A stretch of DNA of 64,000 nt from the human T2T-CHM13v2.0 reference genome, Homo sapiens. This document shows positions 1 through 23,434 of the stretch, one piece after another. The notes under the pieces are model-generated. The model did no database searches, was not told where the DNA came from, and saw nothing but the letters and a program-made list of their open reading frames with translations. The stretch's first letter is position 1. Each line of letters begins with the position of its first letter. The stretch lies in NCBI RefSeq assembly GCF_009914755.1, contig NC_060943.1; one strand, written 5' to 3'. A program made the translations under genes and the position numbers.

Positions 1-252
<252 letters not shown>

Positions 253-309
253 TGAAGTGTTGGGATTACAGGCGTGAGCCACAGTGCTTGGCCCCTCCTA
301 AAAGTATAT

Positions 310-1137
<828 letters not shown>

Positions 1138-1153
1138 TCACTTAGGATGATGA

Positions 1154-7985
<6,832 letters not shown>

Positions 7986-8509
7986 ATCAGTCCATCAATC
8001 AATCAATCAGAGTCATACTCTCTGCGTCCTCTGCCAGCAGCCGTATCCCCTCAACCTTGATTTCAGAAGAAAACCCAGGCATGGGCCCTCTATCCTTGAC
8101 CACCCCACATCCTCTGCTGTCCCTTTCAGACAGTTCAAGCCTCACCACCTCCAGAGAAAGATATGCCTCTTTCTCTCCCTGCTGTCCGGGAGGCCCCTCA
8201 CCAGTCACAGACTCCCCAGCTCCCAGCAAAGCACCTCCCACCCTGGGGAGTTTCTGGGGAACCCGGCCAGGTGGGCCAGCAGGGCGCAGTTGCTGATCCT
8301 AGCGCTCATCCCACGTGGCCTGGCCAGTGTGGGGGTGGCCCTTCTAGAAGCCTCACAGCATTGGCAGGCGGCCATCAGAGGCAGGCAGGAGGAGGAAGTG
8401 AGAGCTGCTGCAGTCAGGATGGAGGGATGGGGCTCCCTGGTCGTGGCTGTTCTGGAAATCGCACCGGTGACCTGTTCATTTCGAGCAGGCTCTTGCCTCT
8501 GTTCCCAGA

Positions 8510-8865
8510 GGAGGTCCTCAACTTAGGGGCGTCATTCTGCCCCCAAGGGACATTGGATGATGTTTGGGACATTTCTGGTTGTCATGACTTGGAGTGCTCC
8601 TGGCATGGAGTGGGTGGAGGCCAGGGACGCTGCTCAGTACCCTGCAGTGCCCAGGACGCTGCAGTCCAGCCTGGCAACAGAGCGAGACTCCGTCTCAAAA
8701 AACAAAAAAACAAAAAAAAAAGCAATCCACACCCTGAGTGGGGAAGGAGAGAGGAGAAGCATCCCAGGAGCTGGGGCCCTCCTGGTTCATACCATTTGCC
8801 CAGGATGCCCCACCCCAGAGAACAATCCAAGCCCAATGTCCACGGGTCCGAGGGAGGAGACCCTG
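8510..8865 (+). mobile_element. MER20-like hAT DNA transposon, interrupted at 8657-8800
   Basis: TTCTGCCCCCAAGGGACATT..GGTTGTCA..GGCATGGAGTGGGTGGAGGCCAGGGACGCTGCTCAG..AATGTCCA..GAGACCCTG resembles the MER20 consensus. Confidence 0.7.
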
Positions 8866-8954
8866 AGTTAATTATTTGAAACAGAGTCTGTTCTCTGCTC
8901 ACACCAGACACCAGAATAAACTCCTTTTTTTTGAGATGGAGTCTCGCTCTGTAG

Positions 8955-9044
<90 letters not shown>

Positions 9045-9507
9045 TGAGTAGCTGGGATTACAGGCACGCGCCACCATGCCCAGCTAATTTTTGTATTTTT
9101 AGTAGAGACGGGGTTTCACCATGTTGGCCAGACTGGTCTTGCACTCCTGACCTCGTGATCCACCCGCCTCGGCCTCCCAAAGTGCTGGGATTACAGGCGT
9201 GAGCCACCGTGCCCAGCCTCAGGATAAACTCCTAATGGGGCAAACGGTATAAACCAGGAGGCCCCCAGCTCCTGGGATGCTTCTCCTCTCTCCTTCCCCA
9301 CTCAGGGTGTGGATTGCTTTTTTTTTGTTTTTTTTGTGACAGAGTCTCGCTCTGTCACCAGGCTGGAGTGCAGCGGCGCCATCTCAGCTCACTGCAACCT
9401 CTGCCTCAAGGTGTGGATTTCAACGTGCGCAGTCTCCTGGGACCTCAGCAGGGCAGAGGATCATGGGATGCAGAGTCTCTTGGGGGGGTCCGTGGAATCC
9501 CCTAACT

Positions 9508-9690
9508 CGGGAGTCTCACCCAGGGTGATTCTGCCCCCGCCAAGGGACACTGGGTGATGTCTGCGGATACTTGTGGTTGTCACAACTGGGGGTGCTCAAG
9601 GCATGGAGTGGGTGGAGGCCAGGGACGCTGCTCAGCGCCCTGCAGTGCCCAGGGCGGCCCCAAATGTCAACCGCAGGAGTTAATTTCTGC
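9508..9690 (+). mobile_element. MER20-like element, second copy
   Basis: Same diagnostic motifs as 8510-8865. Confidence 0.7.
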
Positions 9691-9944
9691 CTCAACACCT
9701 GAATAGCGAATGCTCGTAGCAGAGATGCAACAACAGCCTTCTGGTGCAGTACGAAATCTCGAAAGACAGGCAGGCGCGGTGGCTCACGCCTGTTAATCCC
9801 CAAACTTTGGGAGGTCGAGGCAGGCGGATCACCTGAGGTCAGGAGTTCCAGACCAGCCTTGCCAACATGGTGAAACCCCATCTCTACTAAAAATACAAAA
9901 ATTAGCCGGGCGTGGTGGCGGGCACCTGTAATCCCAGCTCCTCA

Positions 9945-10061
<117 letters not shown>

Positions 10062-10084
10062 TTAAAACCATGAAAGGAATCAGG

Positions 10085-10645
10085 ATTTGCCAGGAGTAGC
10101 ATTTTTGCTTGGTAAGAACAAAATTTTGTTTATACATGAAATAAAAAATATTTTATTAAACCTCACTGCAAAGTGGCAACTTTTTGCTAAATTCATAATT
10201 TAGTCTACACACAAGCTATGTACCCGTATGTGACTGCCAAGAGTTATATCTTTGCTTATTAAAAGCAAAGTGCAGTTCATACCTGAGATTTTTTTTCTGG
10301 ATTTAACCAGGAGGGGAAATATTTTTGCTAGGTAAGTCCACATTTTACCTCACAGGCGAAACAGTTTACCGAACTTGACCACCAAAGAAATCGTTTTTTC
10401 CTTGGGAGATCCACATTTTAGTTCATACATGAGATGTGTTTCTGAATTTTAACTGCCAGGAGTAGTGTTTTTCCTTAGGGTAAGTTTCAGTTTCCACAGG
10501 AAAAATCTGAATTTATCTGCAAGGAGTAAAATTTTTGCTTAAGTCCAAATTGTACACGAAATATTTTACTAAATTTGAATATCTTTAACATTGGAAGTTC
10601 TTTTTTTTTAAACACTGGAAGCATTTTAAGAACTGCAAGACCAAA
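10085..10645. repeat. Degenerate AT-rich tandem array, ~72-bp units, about 7-8 copies
   Basis: Recurrent ACTGCCAGGAGTA..TTTTTGCTT..(G)TAAG..AGTTCATACATGAGAT..CTGAATTTA-like units starting near 10087, 10165, 10233, 10306, 10378, 10452 and 10516. Confidence 0.65.
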
Positions 10646-10876
10646 TTTAAAAAAATAAAACCAGTAATATCATCGATGATTACCAGGTGTTACTGGAAAT
10701 AATTCTGGCGCGGTTGGACAACCCCCCAAGCACCCGGGGGCCTACCCAGGGGAGGGGTCCCGCTGCGTGAAGGGACCCTAGGGAGGGCGACGTGGACCAC
10801 GACAGACAAACGGGCACTCGAAGACCCCCGAAAATCGGCCCCAGCGAGCCGCCCCCGCCCCCAAGGCACGATTGTG

Positions 10877-11168
10877 GGGGCGGGGACGGCTCGGGGCGCG
10901 CGCAGCGCGTACCCGGCGCCACGGCAGCCCCGCCCCCAGAAGGACGCGCGCAGGAGGGGGCGTGGCCCGAGGCTCACCAACCAATCTCCAGAGAGCCTCT
11001 TCCTTTCCCTTTCCCTTTCACCAATCAGGCGCTGGGAGGGGCGGGCGCGACTTTTTTTCCCGGCGGCCCCGCGGCTCTGCCCCTCGTGCGGTCGCGTTCC
11101 CGGCGGCGCGGGGGGCGTGGCCTGGGCGCAGCATCTATAAAGGCGGGCGGCGGCAGAGGCGCCATTTT
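10877..11168 (+). promoter_or_regulatory. OAZ1: OAZ1 core promoter: GC boxes, two CCAAT boxes, TATA box, YY1-like initiator
   Basis: GGGGCGGGG ~10877; CCAAT at 10981 and 11021; TATAAA 11136-11141; CGCCATTTT 11160-11168, about 25 nt downstream of the TATA box. Confidence 0.8.
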
Positions 11169-11242
11169 GCGAACGGCGAGCAGCGGCGGCGGCGCGGAGA
11201 GACGCAGCGGAGGTTTTCCTGGTTTCGGACCCCAGCGGCCGG

Positions 11243-11388
11243 ATGGTGAAATCCTCCCTGCAGCGGATCCTCAATAGCCACTGCTTCGCCAGAGAGAAGG
11301 AAGGGGATAAACCCAGCGCCACCATCCACGCCAGCCGCACCATGCCGCTCCTAAGCCTGCACAGCCGCGGCGGCAGCAGCAGTGAGAG
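11243..11388 (+). CDS. OAZ1: Ornithine decarboxylase antizyme 1, coding exon 1 (ORF1; [21 protein letters not shown]...; second in-frame AUG at 11342 = Met34)
   Basis: ATG at 11243; translation matches the antizyme 1 N-terminus; donor AG|GTAAGT at 11389. Confidence 0.97.
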
Positions 11389-13012
11389 GTAAGTGCCCCG
11401 CCCCCGTCCGAAGCTTCCAGAAGCGCCGGCCGCGCAGGCCTGCGGGGGGCCGTCCTCGGGGCGCCAGATAGGTCCCCGGCGCGCGAGATCCGCCCCTTTG
11501 TCAAGGCCAGAATCGCGCCGGGGACGAGGTAGGCGCAGGGCGGGCCTGGAGGTCCCCCCCGGCCTTAGCAGTGCTCTCGGGGGAGTCGGGTTTGGGGGGC
11601 AAGGGTGCGGAGTTGGATTTGGGGGGCACCGTCCGGGGCGCCTGATTTGCGGGAGGGGCATGGGTCGGAGGTCGGATTTGGGCGCAGGACGGGGAGTCGG
11701 GGGAGGCGTGTGTCTTTTGCGGGGTTCGCGGGATGGGACTCGGCTTCGGAGGAGGGGAGAGGCTTCTGGTCGAGGGTTGGATTTGCGGGGCGCAGACTGG
11801 GAATTCGGTTTGGAGGAAGGGTGTGCGGTCGGGTCGGATTTGGGAGGCGCAGGATGGGGCAATCTGGTTGGGGGCGGGGTCGGCCTTGGGGGGCTGGTCC
11901 GCGGACAGGCAGGGCCCGCGGGGCTGGTGAATCTGCACTTTTCGGTCCCGGCCGTCGAGCGTGCGCTGCGGGAGCGGGGAGCGCTTTGCGGTGGACGAGC
12001 TCCCGCGGGTCCCTGTTGCCTCGATGTGGCCCCTGCACGCGACGGACCTCGTGGGCCCCGTTTTTCGCCCCTGAGCGAGTCGGTCTGGATGGCCCGGGAC
12101 GCGCCGGGCGAGGCCGCGCACGTAGACGGCACCCAGGGCTTCTCCGCGGGGGCCGCCGGGGAGCTGGGGGTGGCGCACTCCGACAGCCCGGCAGCGCCCT
12201 GGGAAGACCCCCGCCGCTTCCCGGGAAGACGCGTCCCGCTTCCGGGGGCGCGGGTGCCAGCTGCGGTTGTGGGGGAGCCCGCGGGGTCTCGGTCGAGCTT
12301 TCCCGACTGCGTCCCCCGAGGTGGGCGTCGCTCAGCCCCGGATCGGGAGGTTGGGCCGCGGTGCTGGCGGTGCCGCGGTTTGGGGGCCGTGCAAAATGGA
12401 GGCAACTTTGGGGCCTGTTTACCCTGCGCAGCAAATGGCTGCTGGCGCTGCCGGCTGCGCGATTGTGAAAATCTCCCCCGGGGCGCGAGGCCGCGTCTGC
12501 CTGGATGACGCAACCGGGAGGGCCCGGGCCTGGAGCGGGGGCGGGGGGGCGGGCGGCCGGGAGCCGGAGCGGGGCGCGTCCTCCATGAGGTCAGGCTAGG
12601 CCCGCCCGGTCTTCGCGGGGACAAGCAAGAGTCCCAGATTTTGGCCGTAGTGCAGGGTGGAAAGGGGAAGCCGCGACAGAACTGAAAAGGGGAAGCGCTG
12701 GCTGTCTTGGTGGCCGGGGGGTGAGGCTCTGCCCCGGCGGGGCTGCGTGAGGGGAAGGGGCCCCCCGCCCTGGGAAGGTTGGGCTGTCCTGGGCGGCGCC
12801 GCCCGAGGAGTCGGGGCTCAGTGACTGCTGCCCTTGTAGGTGCTTGGGGCAGGCGTTGGAGCTGCCTTCGGGAAGCCTCGGGGGTGTGGGACCGGGTGGG
12901 CCCCTGCCTGGGCGGGGCGGGGTCTTTTGGCCGAGGCAGGGGTGGGGATGTGCTGAAGGCCGCCCGGACGCCCTGGAGGGGTCTCCGCCCGGAGCCTGGC
13001 GCTGCCTCGTGA

Positions 13013-13255
<243 letters not shown>

Positions 13256-13425
13256 TGAATGTAATCGTGGGAACCCTGAGTTTCATCAGAGCCGGCGCAC
13301 AGTCTCCTGCAGCCCAGGCGTTGCCTGAGCTCAACACGGCCTAGGCCCAAGCTTTAGCGCTGCCGGGTTCTTGGAGTCCTGTGGGGTGAGTCAGGGTTCT
13401 GAATTGGGCTGCACCCCCTGGACAG

Positions 13426-14105
<680 letters not shown>

Positions 14106-14322
14106 GGGGTCCCTTTTTAAAAAGTGCACTCCAAATTCGTACCCTGGGATTCTACCCTCCAAGGGATGCCAGGCAGTGTCAGAGCTTTTCTGTCATGGGG
14201 CATGCACGTGGGTGGGTGCAGCGGTGCTGCTCAACACTGTGGTGTCAGGACGGCCCCACCCAGAGGACGATCTGGGCCCCAGGGGGACCCTGGAGTAGAG
14301 CGGGCCTCAGGGTAGCTGCTAA

Positions 14323-14469
<147 letters not shown>

Positions 14470-14615
14470 TGACCCGTATCGCCTGCAGTAGGGTGCGTGG
14501 GGGTGCCTGCGCCGCCCCTTCATTCTCAGCCCGCAGGCACGGTCTCCCTGCGGGGGTGGGGGGTGCGGGCGGGGGGTTCTGGTCGGCAGGGGTTCTGACG
14601 GCTTCTCCCCCGCAG

Positions 14616-14752
14616 CCGCCTTGCTCCGAACCTTCAGCTTTTTGGGCTTTGAGATTGTGAGACCGGGGCATCCCCTTGTCCCCAAGAGACCCGACGCTTG
14701 CTTCATGGCCTACACGTTCGAGAGAGAGTCTTCGGGAGAGGAGGAGGAGTAG
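14616..14752 (+). CDS. OAZ1: OAZ1 exon 5 coding part (AALLRTFSFLGFEIVRPGHPLVPKRPDACFMAYTFERESSGEEEE*); joined product 228 aa
   Basis: cgcag| acceptor, TAG 14750-14752; exon codon counts sum to 228 with the +1 shift. Confidence 0.96.
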
Positions 14753-14866
14753 GGCCGCCTCGGGGCTGGGCATCCGGCCCCTGGGGCCACCCCTTGTCAG
14801 CCGGGTGGGTAGGAACCGTAGACTCGCTCATCTCGCCTGGGTTTGTCCGCATGTTGTAATCGTGCA

Positions 14867-15118
14867 AATAAACGCTCACTCCGAATTAGCGGTGTATTTC
14901 TTGAAGTTTAATATTGTGTTTGTGATACTGAAGTATTTGCTTTAATTCTAAATAAAAATTTATATTTTACTTTTTTATTGCTGGTTTAAGATGATTCAGA
15001 TTATCCTTGTACTTTGAGGAGAAGTTTCTTATTTGGAGTCTTTTGGAAACAGTCTTAGTCTTTTAACTTGGAAAGATGAGGTATTAATCCCCTCCATTGC
15101 TCTCCAAAAGCCAATAAA
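14867..15118 (+). terminator. OAZ1: Three tandem AATAAA polyadenylation signals of OAZ1
   Basis: AATAAA at 14867-14872, 14951-14956 and 15113-15118, each followed by U/GU-rich sequence. Confidence 0.8.
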
Positions 15119-15369
15119 GTGATTACACCCGATGCACCTGGCTCTGTGGTGGTGACGCTGGGGACTGGTGGGAGGAGTGCCTGGGACCACAGAGGGCCCT
15201 GGGTGGAGGGGTCGCGGGGGATTTGGCACCCAGGCAGCTGCGGGACCCCTCCCACGGAGGAGACCCCCTGGGCTGGGAGGCCGGGCCCTCAGCTTGGCGC
15301 CAGCCTTGCCACTGCTCGCTTGAAGCCCCTTCCTGCCTCGCGTCCCCTTCCGCCCCAGCCTGGGCCTGC

Positions 15370-15700
15370 GCATGGGGATGTCTGTGCTCCCAACTCAACT
15401 TTTGAGTTCGCCGTGTTACTGGCCGCCCCTAGGGACCTGCAGCGCCGTTCGGGGCAGCAGCACTTCCGGCGGGGTCGTGGCCTGGAGCGCTTCCGGGTCT
15501 GCAACCCCGCCGTCTGCCCGGCCGCAGCGCCACCTGCCGGCCGCATCCGGGAGCGCCACCCGGAAAATCAGGGCCAGGCCTGGCCGGGAAACCGGCTGGA
15601 AAGAGGAGGAAAGGAGGAACTCGAAAAGATTGTAGACTTGGCGAGCGGGCCGGGGGGATATTCAGCCGTCTGAGCGGTGGTGGGGTCGGCCGGGAGGACA
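15370..15700. promoter_or_regulatory. Orphan CpG-rich element with a CTCF-like motif and ETS motifs between the OAZ1 and PEAK3 3' ends
   Basis: CAGCGCCACCTGCCGGCC 15525-15542 (CTCF consensus on the - strand); CACTTCCGG 15461, CTTCCGG ~15490, CCGGAAA ~15560. Confidence 0.6.
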
Positions 15701-16306
15701 AACCTGGACACAGATACCCCCAGCTCATTTGGGCAGCGCAAATGCAGAGAAGGGGCATTAGAGCTGAGGCCATGCAGGATGAATAGGAGTATGAAGCAGA
15801 GTAGAGGGGGCTGTTTTCTGGTGTAAAAAACAACTTGGGCAAAGGCGTGGAGGCTGGAAAGTAACCTCCAGGGATGAACGACATGGGGTTGGAGACTCTG
15901 AGGAGACTTTGGAAGAGCCCTGTATGTATTCTGAGGCACTGGGGAGCCATGGGAGGTGTTTGAGCTGGAGAGGGACCTCATATCTGGGGTTGGAAAGATC
16001 CTCCCAGGACTGCCATGGGGAATGGAATGGAGGGGCAACTCTGAGTCTCCAGGAAGGAAGCCACAGGCAAGGGCAGTGCAGTGTGTCAGAGGCATAAAGG
16101 AAGACTCCATCCCCCTCCAGTGAGTCTCCTCTGTGCCTGTTTATTACATCATCCTGTGGTATTAAGTGAGCACCTACTGTGTGCCAAGCCTGGCCTTTGC
16201 CCCCAGGGAACTCACAGCCTTGTGGACAGTAACAGAGGAATAAATGCTCCTGAGAGTGGGCGGAGAACGCAGGGTAAGGAGCTAGCGATGGCCCAGAGTG
16301 GGCACC

Positions 16307-16312
16307 TTTATT
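16307..16312 (-). terminator. PEAK3: Probable PEAK3 polyadenylation signal
   Basis: TTTATT on + (AATAAA on -), about 1 kb downstream of the PEAK3 stop codon. Confidence 0.65.
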
Positions 16313-16335
16313 TGTTTAGAGAAAGTGAAACTGTA

Positions 16336-16602
16336 GCCGGGCGCGGTGGCTCACGCCTGTAATCCCAGCACTTTGGGAGGCCGAGGCGGACGGATCACGA
16401 GGTCAGGAGATGGAGACCATCCTGGCTAACACGGAGAAACCCCGTCTCTACTAAAAATACAAAAAATTAGCCGGGCGTGGTGGCGGGCGCCTGTAGTCCC
16501 AGCTACTCGGGAGGCTGAGGCAGGAGAATGGCGTGAACCCGGGAGGCGGAGCTTGCAGTAAGCCGAGATCGTCTCAAAAAAAAAAAAAAAAAAAAAAGAA
16601 AA
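16336..16602 (+). mobile_element. AluY-type element with a ~40-bp right-arm deletion, inside the probable PEAK3 3' UTR
   Basis: GAGATC joined directly to GTCTCAAAA; TSD-like AGAAAGTG(A/G)AACTG on both sides. Confidence 0.85.
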
Positions 16603-17323
16603 AGAAAGTGGAACTGGAACAGTATGGCAGAGGGAACAGCCTACACAAATGCTTGGGGGCGCGAAAGAAGTTGGTGTGTCACGGAGGAACAGGGAGGGAG
16701 GCAGGGTGGGCGCAGAGGGATTGAGGGGAGGTGGCAGGGAACCGCGGGGACTGTTTTAGGGAAGGTGAGTCCAGACCCCGCTGAGATGAGCTGGGTGTCT
16801 AAGGTCCCAGGGAGCCTTCCCTTCCCGTGACACCACCAAGCAATTCTCCACCAGGGACAGGGGCATTCACATGCCCAAAATCACTGGCCATCTTCAGCAC
16901 AAGGGGGTGCTCCAGAGCCAGGAATGCCTCTGGTCCCGGCATTGGCCTCTCATGGAGACAATGACAGAACCCACGCGGAAGAGCGCCCTGGCTGCTGGGG
17001 AAGGCAGAACACAGAGAGACATTGATCAGCGGGGTTGTCCACACCTGGAAGTGGCGTGGGGGCCCTGGCTTCAGAGAGCTGCTGCCCAACACAGGAGGCG
17101 CTGGCCAGCCCCCAGCCCTGGAGGGGCAGCTGCATTCCTGGGAAGCCCTTGACCCACATCCCCAGCACGGGAGGGGAGGCTCTGGAGTGGGGCATTGCTC
17201 TCTCTGCTGCGCTCCTGGACTCTGCAGGAAGAGGGTGTCTTGGCTATCATGGAGACGCTGACCTCAGCCCCAGCCCTGCCTCCTGGGCAGGCCTGGACCA
17301 GGTGTGTTCGCCCTGGGTTGGGG

Positions 17324-18133
17324 TCAGTCCCACAGCAGCGCCAGGGCCTGGCCCATCGAGGACTCGGTGGCCTCGGCCAGGTATTCGCAACACAGCCAGT
17401 CCTCGAGGCTGGGAGCTTCCCCACCTGCGGCCCGCTCTGCTAGGCGCAGGACCAGCAGCCCGCGGCGCACCCGCAGCCAGGGCCCGAGCGCTCGGAGCCA
17501 GGGACCAAGCGGTGCTCCGCGGCCGCGCAGCTCAGGCCCGGGCCCCCAGAGCAGCGCCTGCAGCGCGCCCCGCGTCCGGGACGCCGAGGGCCGCAAGCGG
17601 GTCAGCTGTGCTGCCAGGAGCTCCAGGCCCGCGGCCAAAGGCGTGGTCGAGGGCGCAGCAAGGCTGAGCAGCGCTCGGAGGAGGCTGCCCAGCTGCGGCG
17701 CGTGGGGGCCCGGGGATCCCGGGGGTCCAGGGGGCTGCAGACAGACGCGGCCAAAGTCAGTGAGGAGCAGGCGTGGGGGCCCCGTCGTCGCACAGCCCCG
17801 AGGTGCCACCAGCAGCAAGTTCTCCGGCCGCAACTCGACTAGGGCCGCGCCCCACGCCTCCAGGAACTTCAGGGCCGCGCTCAGCTGCAGCAGCAGCAGG
17901 GCCACAGCCCACACGAACTCCTCCGGCGGCTGCGTGCAGGCCTCCGCCAGCCACTGCGCCACCGTGCGCTCTGGAACCTCGGCTGCCAGCGCCACTGCGC
18001 CTCTCCAGGGCGCCCCGGGCAGTGTGCCTTCAGGCACCAGGCCACACAGCCCCTGCAGATTGAAGTGTGGAGACAGGGAGGCCTGCAGCTCCAGGCCCCA
18101 CGGGTGGGGCACGTCCGCCCCGGGCTTGGGCAC
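17324..18133 (-). CDS. PEAK3: PEAK3 (C19orf35) pseudokinase, last coding exon ([15 protein letters not shown]...LLLTDFGRV...[26 protein letters not shown])
   Basis: cttgcag|GTG acceptor at 18133; kinase-like [11 protein letters not shown] (degenerate catalytic loop), intact DFG, PEAK-family C-terminal EDWLCCEYL motif. Confidence 0.95.
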   Translation of the reverse strand: MPKPGADVPHPWGLELQASLSPHFNLQGLCGLVPEGTLPGAPWRGAVALAAEVPERTVAQWLAEACTQPPEEFVWAVALLLLQLSAALKFLEAWGAALVELRPENLLLVAPRGCATTGPPRLLLTDFGRVCLQPPGPPGSPGPHAPQLGSLLRALLSLAAPSTTPLAAGLELLAAQLTRLRPSASRTRGALQALLWGPGPELRGRGAPLGPWLRALGPWLRVRRGLLVLRLAERAAGGEAPSLEDWLCCEYLAEATESSMGQALALLWD

Positions 18134-18405
18134 CTGCAAGGCAGAGGGGGTGTCGGGGCCTGGATCACTGGGCCCCCCACAAGCACCGCCTGCCCCAGTG
18201 CTACCTGCCCCGAAGCCTCCCACGCACACCCCCAAACTGCCCCCACTACGGCTAGGGGCTGCCTGCATCCCTCCAGCAGCAGGAGGTCAGTGTTAATTTG
18301 GAAGTTAGTCACCAGTAAGGACTTTCAGGAAAGTTAAGCCAGGGAAGAAGATGTTCCTGGGCAATGAGTTCGAAAGCAGATTCCTGGGCCGGGCGCGGTG
18401 GCTCA

Positions 18406-20145
<1,740 letters not shown>

Positions 20146-20227
20146 AGGCCAAATGAAACAAGCCCTGGGTTATGTCTAAGATGGGGCACTGGGGACACCT
20201 CAGAGAGGGTGGGGCTGTGGGGCTCAC

Positions 20228-20757
20228 CTTGGCGACCAGGATGTGCCAGGCGTCCTCGTGCGCGCGCACCACGCGGTAATACAGGGCGTCCCCGCTCTCT
20301 GCGCAGGGTGAGCTGTCTAGGAGGCGGAAGCTGTGGCCGGGGTGGCAGGGCCCGGGGTGGCCCCCCATGAGCCGGGCACGGAGCCGGGCATAGATGGTAC
20401 GGAGGCCCTGCAGCTGCCGCGCAGCCAGTGCAGTGTGCACAGCCTCCGGGCTGTGCAGATCGCGGAGGGAGAGGCCCAGTGGGGCGTCAGCCGGGCCAAA
20501 GGTCAGCTCTGCAGGGAGACAGGCTGGTCCCACTGCAGCCTGGCTCTTGTCCACACTGTGGGACCCCAGAAAGGGTCTCCGAGGCGGCTGTACTTGGATG
20601 GAGCTGGGATGGAGGGTCCTGCGGGTGGGCAGTGACTGGGTCCGGGTTAGGATCTTCTTGGGCAGGGGTGGGGGCAGGGGCTCTGGGTTGGTGGAGAGGG
20701 ACCCAGGGGTCCGGAGGCGGCAGGCCTTGGAGGGCAGCAGGTGGGCACGGATCTGAC
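20228..20757 (-). CDS. PEAK3: PEAK3 second coding exon ([11 protein letters not shown]...[16 protein letters not shown]...WHILVAK)
   Basis: ctgcag|GT acceptor, AAG|GTGAGC donor; PPPLPKK (Crk SH3-type ligand) and RTQSLP (14-3-3-type motif); phases match the neighbouring exons. Confidence 0.95.
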
Positions 20758-20866
20758 CTGCAGGGAGAGACAGTGGGGGAGGGTTGAGGACAGGCGGAGT
20801 GGGAACGGGACACGTGACTCCACCTCTCAGCCTCGGTTTCCCCATCTCTAACATGGAAGTAATGAG

Positions 20867-22574
<1,708 letters not shown>

Positions 22575-22746
22575 GTTGCTGGGGAAAGGTCAAACGGGGC
22601 GTGTGTGGGGTGACCGTGTGCACGCACAGGGCGACATGGGGAGGGGTCCGTGAGTGCTGGGGCCTGGGAGACCGTCGAGGCCTCCTGCTCCAGGGCCCTT
22701 GGTGAGAACAGGCGCACCCACACTCCACTCCCTTGTCCAGTTTTGA

Positions 22747-23434
22747 CCCTGCTGTGTGATCCCGAGTGGGTTTCCTGTCCTCTCTGGGCCCCTGCTGTGT
22801 GATCCCGAGTGGGTTTCCTGTCCTCTCTGGGCCCCTGCTGTGTGATCCCGAGTGGGTTTCCTACTCTCTCTGGGCCCCTGCTGTGTGATTCTGAGTGGGT
22901 TTGCTGCCCTCTCTGGGGCCCTGCTGTGTGATCCTGAGTGGGTTTGCTGCCCTCTCTGGGCCCCTGATGTGTGATCCCGAGTGGGTTTCCTGCCCTCTCT
23001 GGGGCCCTGCTGTGTGATCCCGAGTGGGTTTCCTACTCTCTCTGGGCCCCTGCTGTGTGATTCTGAGTGGGTTTCCTGCCCTCTCTGGGGCCCTGCTGTG
23101 TGATCCCGAGTGGGTTTCCTACTCTCTCTGGGCCCCTGCTGTGTGATTCTGAGTGGGTTTGCTGCCCTCTCTGGGGCCCTGCTGTGTGATCCTGAGTGGG
23201 TTTGCTGCCCTCTCTGGGCCCCTGATGTGTGATCCCGAGTGGGTTTCCTGCCCTCTCTGGGGCCCTGCTGTGTGATCCCGAGTGGGTTTCCTGCCCTCTC
23301 TGGGGCCCTGCTGTGTGATCCCGAGTGGGTTTCCTACTCTCTCTGGGCCCCTGCTGTGTGATTCTGAGTGGGTTTCCTGCCCTCTCTGGGGCCCTGCTGT
23401 GTGATCCCGAGTGGGTTTCCTGCCCTCTCTGGGC
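22747..23434. repeat. 43-bp minisatellite (VNTR), 16 copies, in PEAK3 intron 1
   Basis: Unit CCCTGCTGTGTGATCCCGAGTGGGTTTCCTGCCCTCTCTGGG(C/G); exact 43-bp period from 22747 to 23392. Confidence 0.95.

Noticed and set aside
10670-11400. Possible divergent - strand exon from the OAZ1 promoter toward the neighbouring gene (donor-like TTG|GTGAGC near 10976)
   Set aside because: A donor-like hexamer alone is insufficient and no partner exon can be identified in the window
18134-18268. N-terminal parts of the PEAK3-containing ORFs (also 20758-20854) and of the LSM7 ORF (63491-63737)
   Set aside because: Intronic read-through upstream of clear splice acceptors
22747-23434. Regular repeat array superficially like CRISPR, with repetitive ORFs
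   Set aside because: Head-to-tail units without unique spacers, no cas genes, human DNA; a minisatellite
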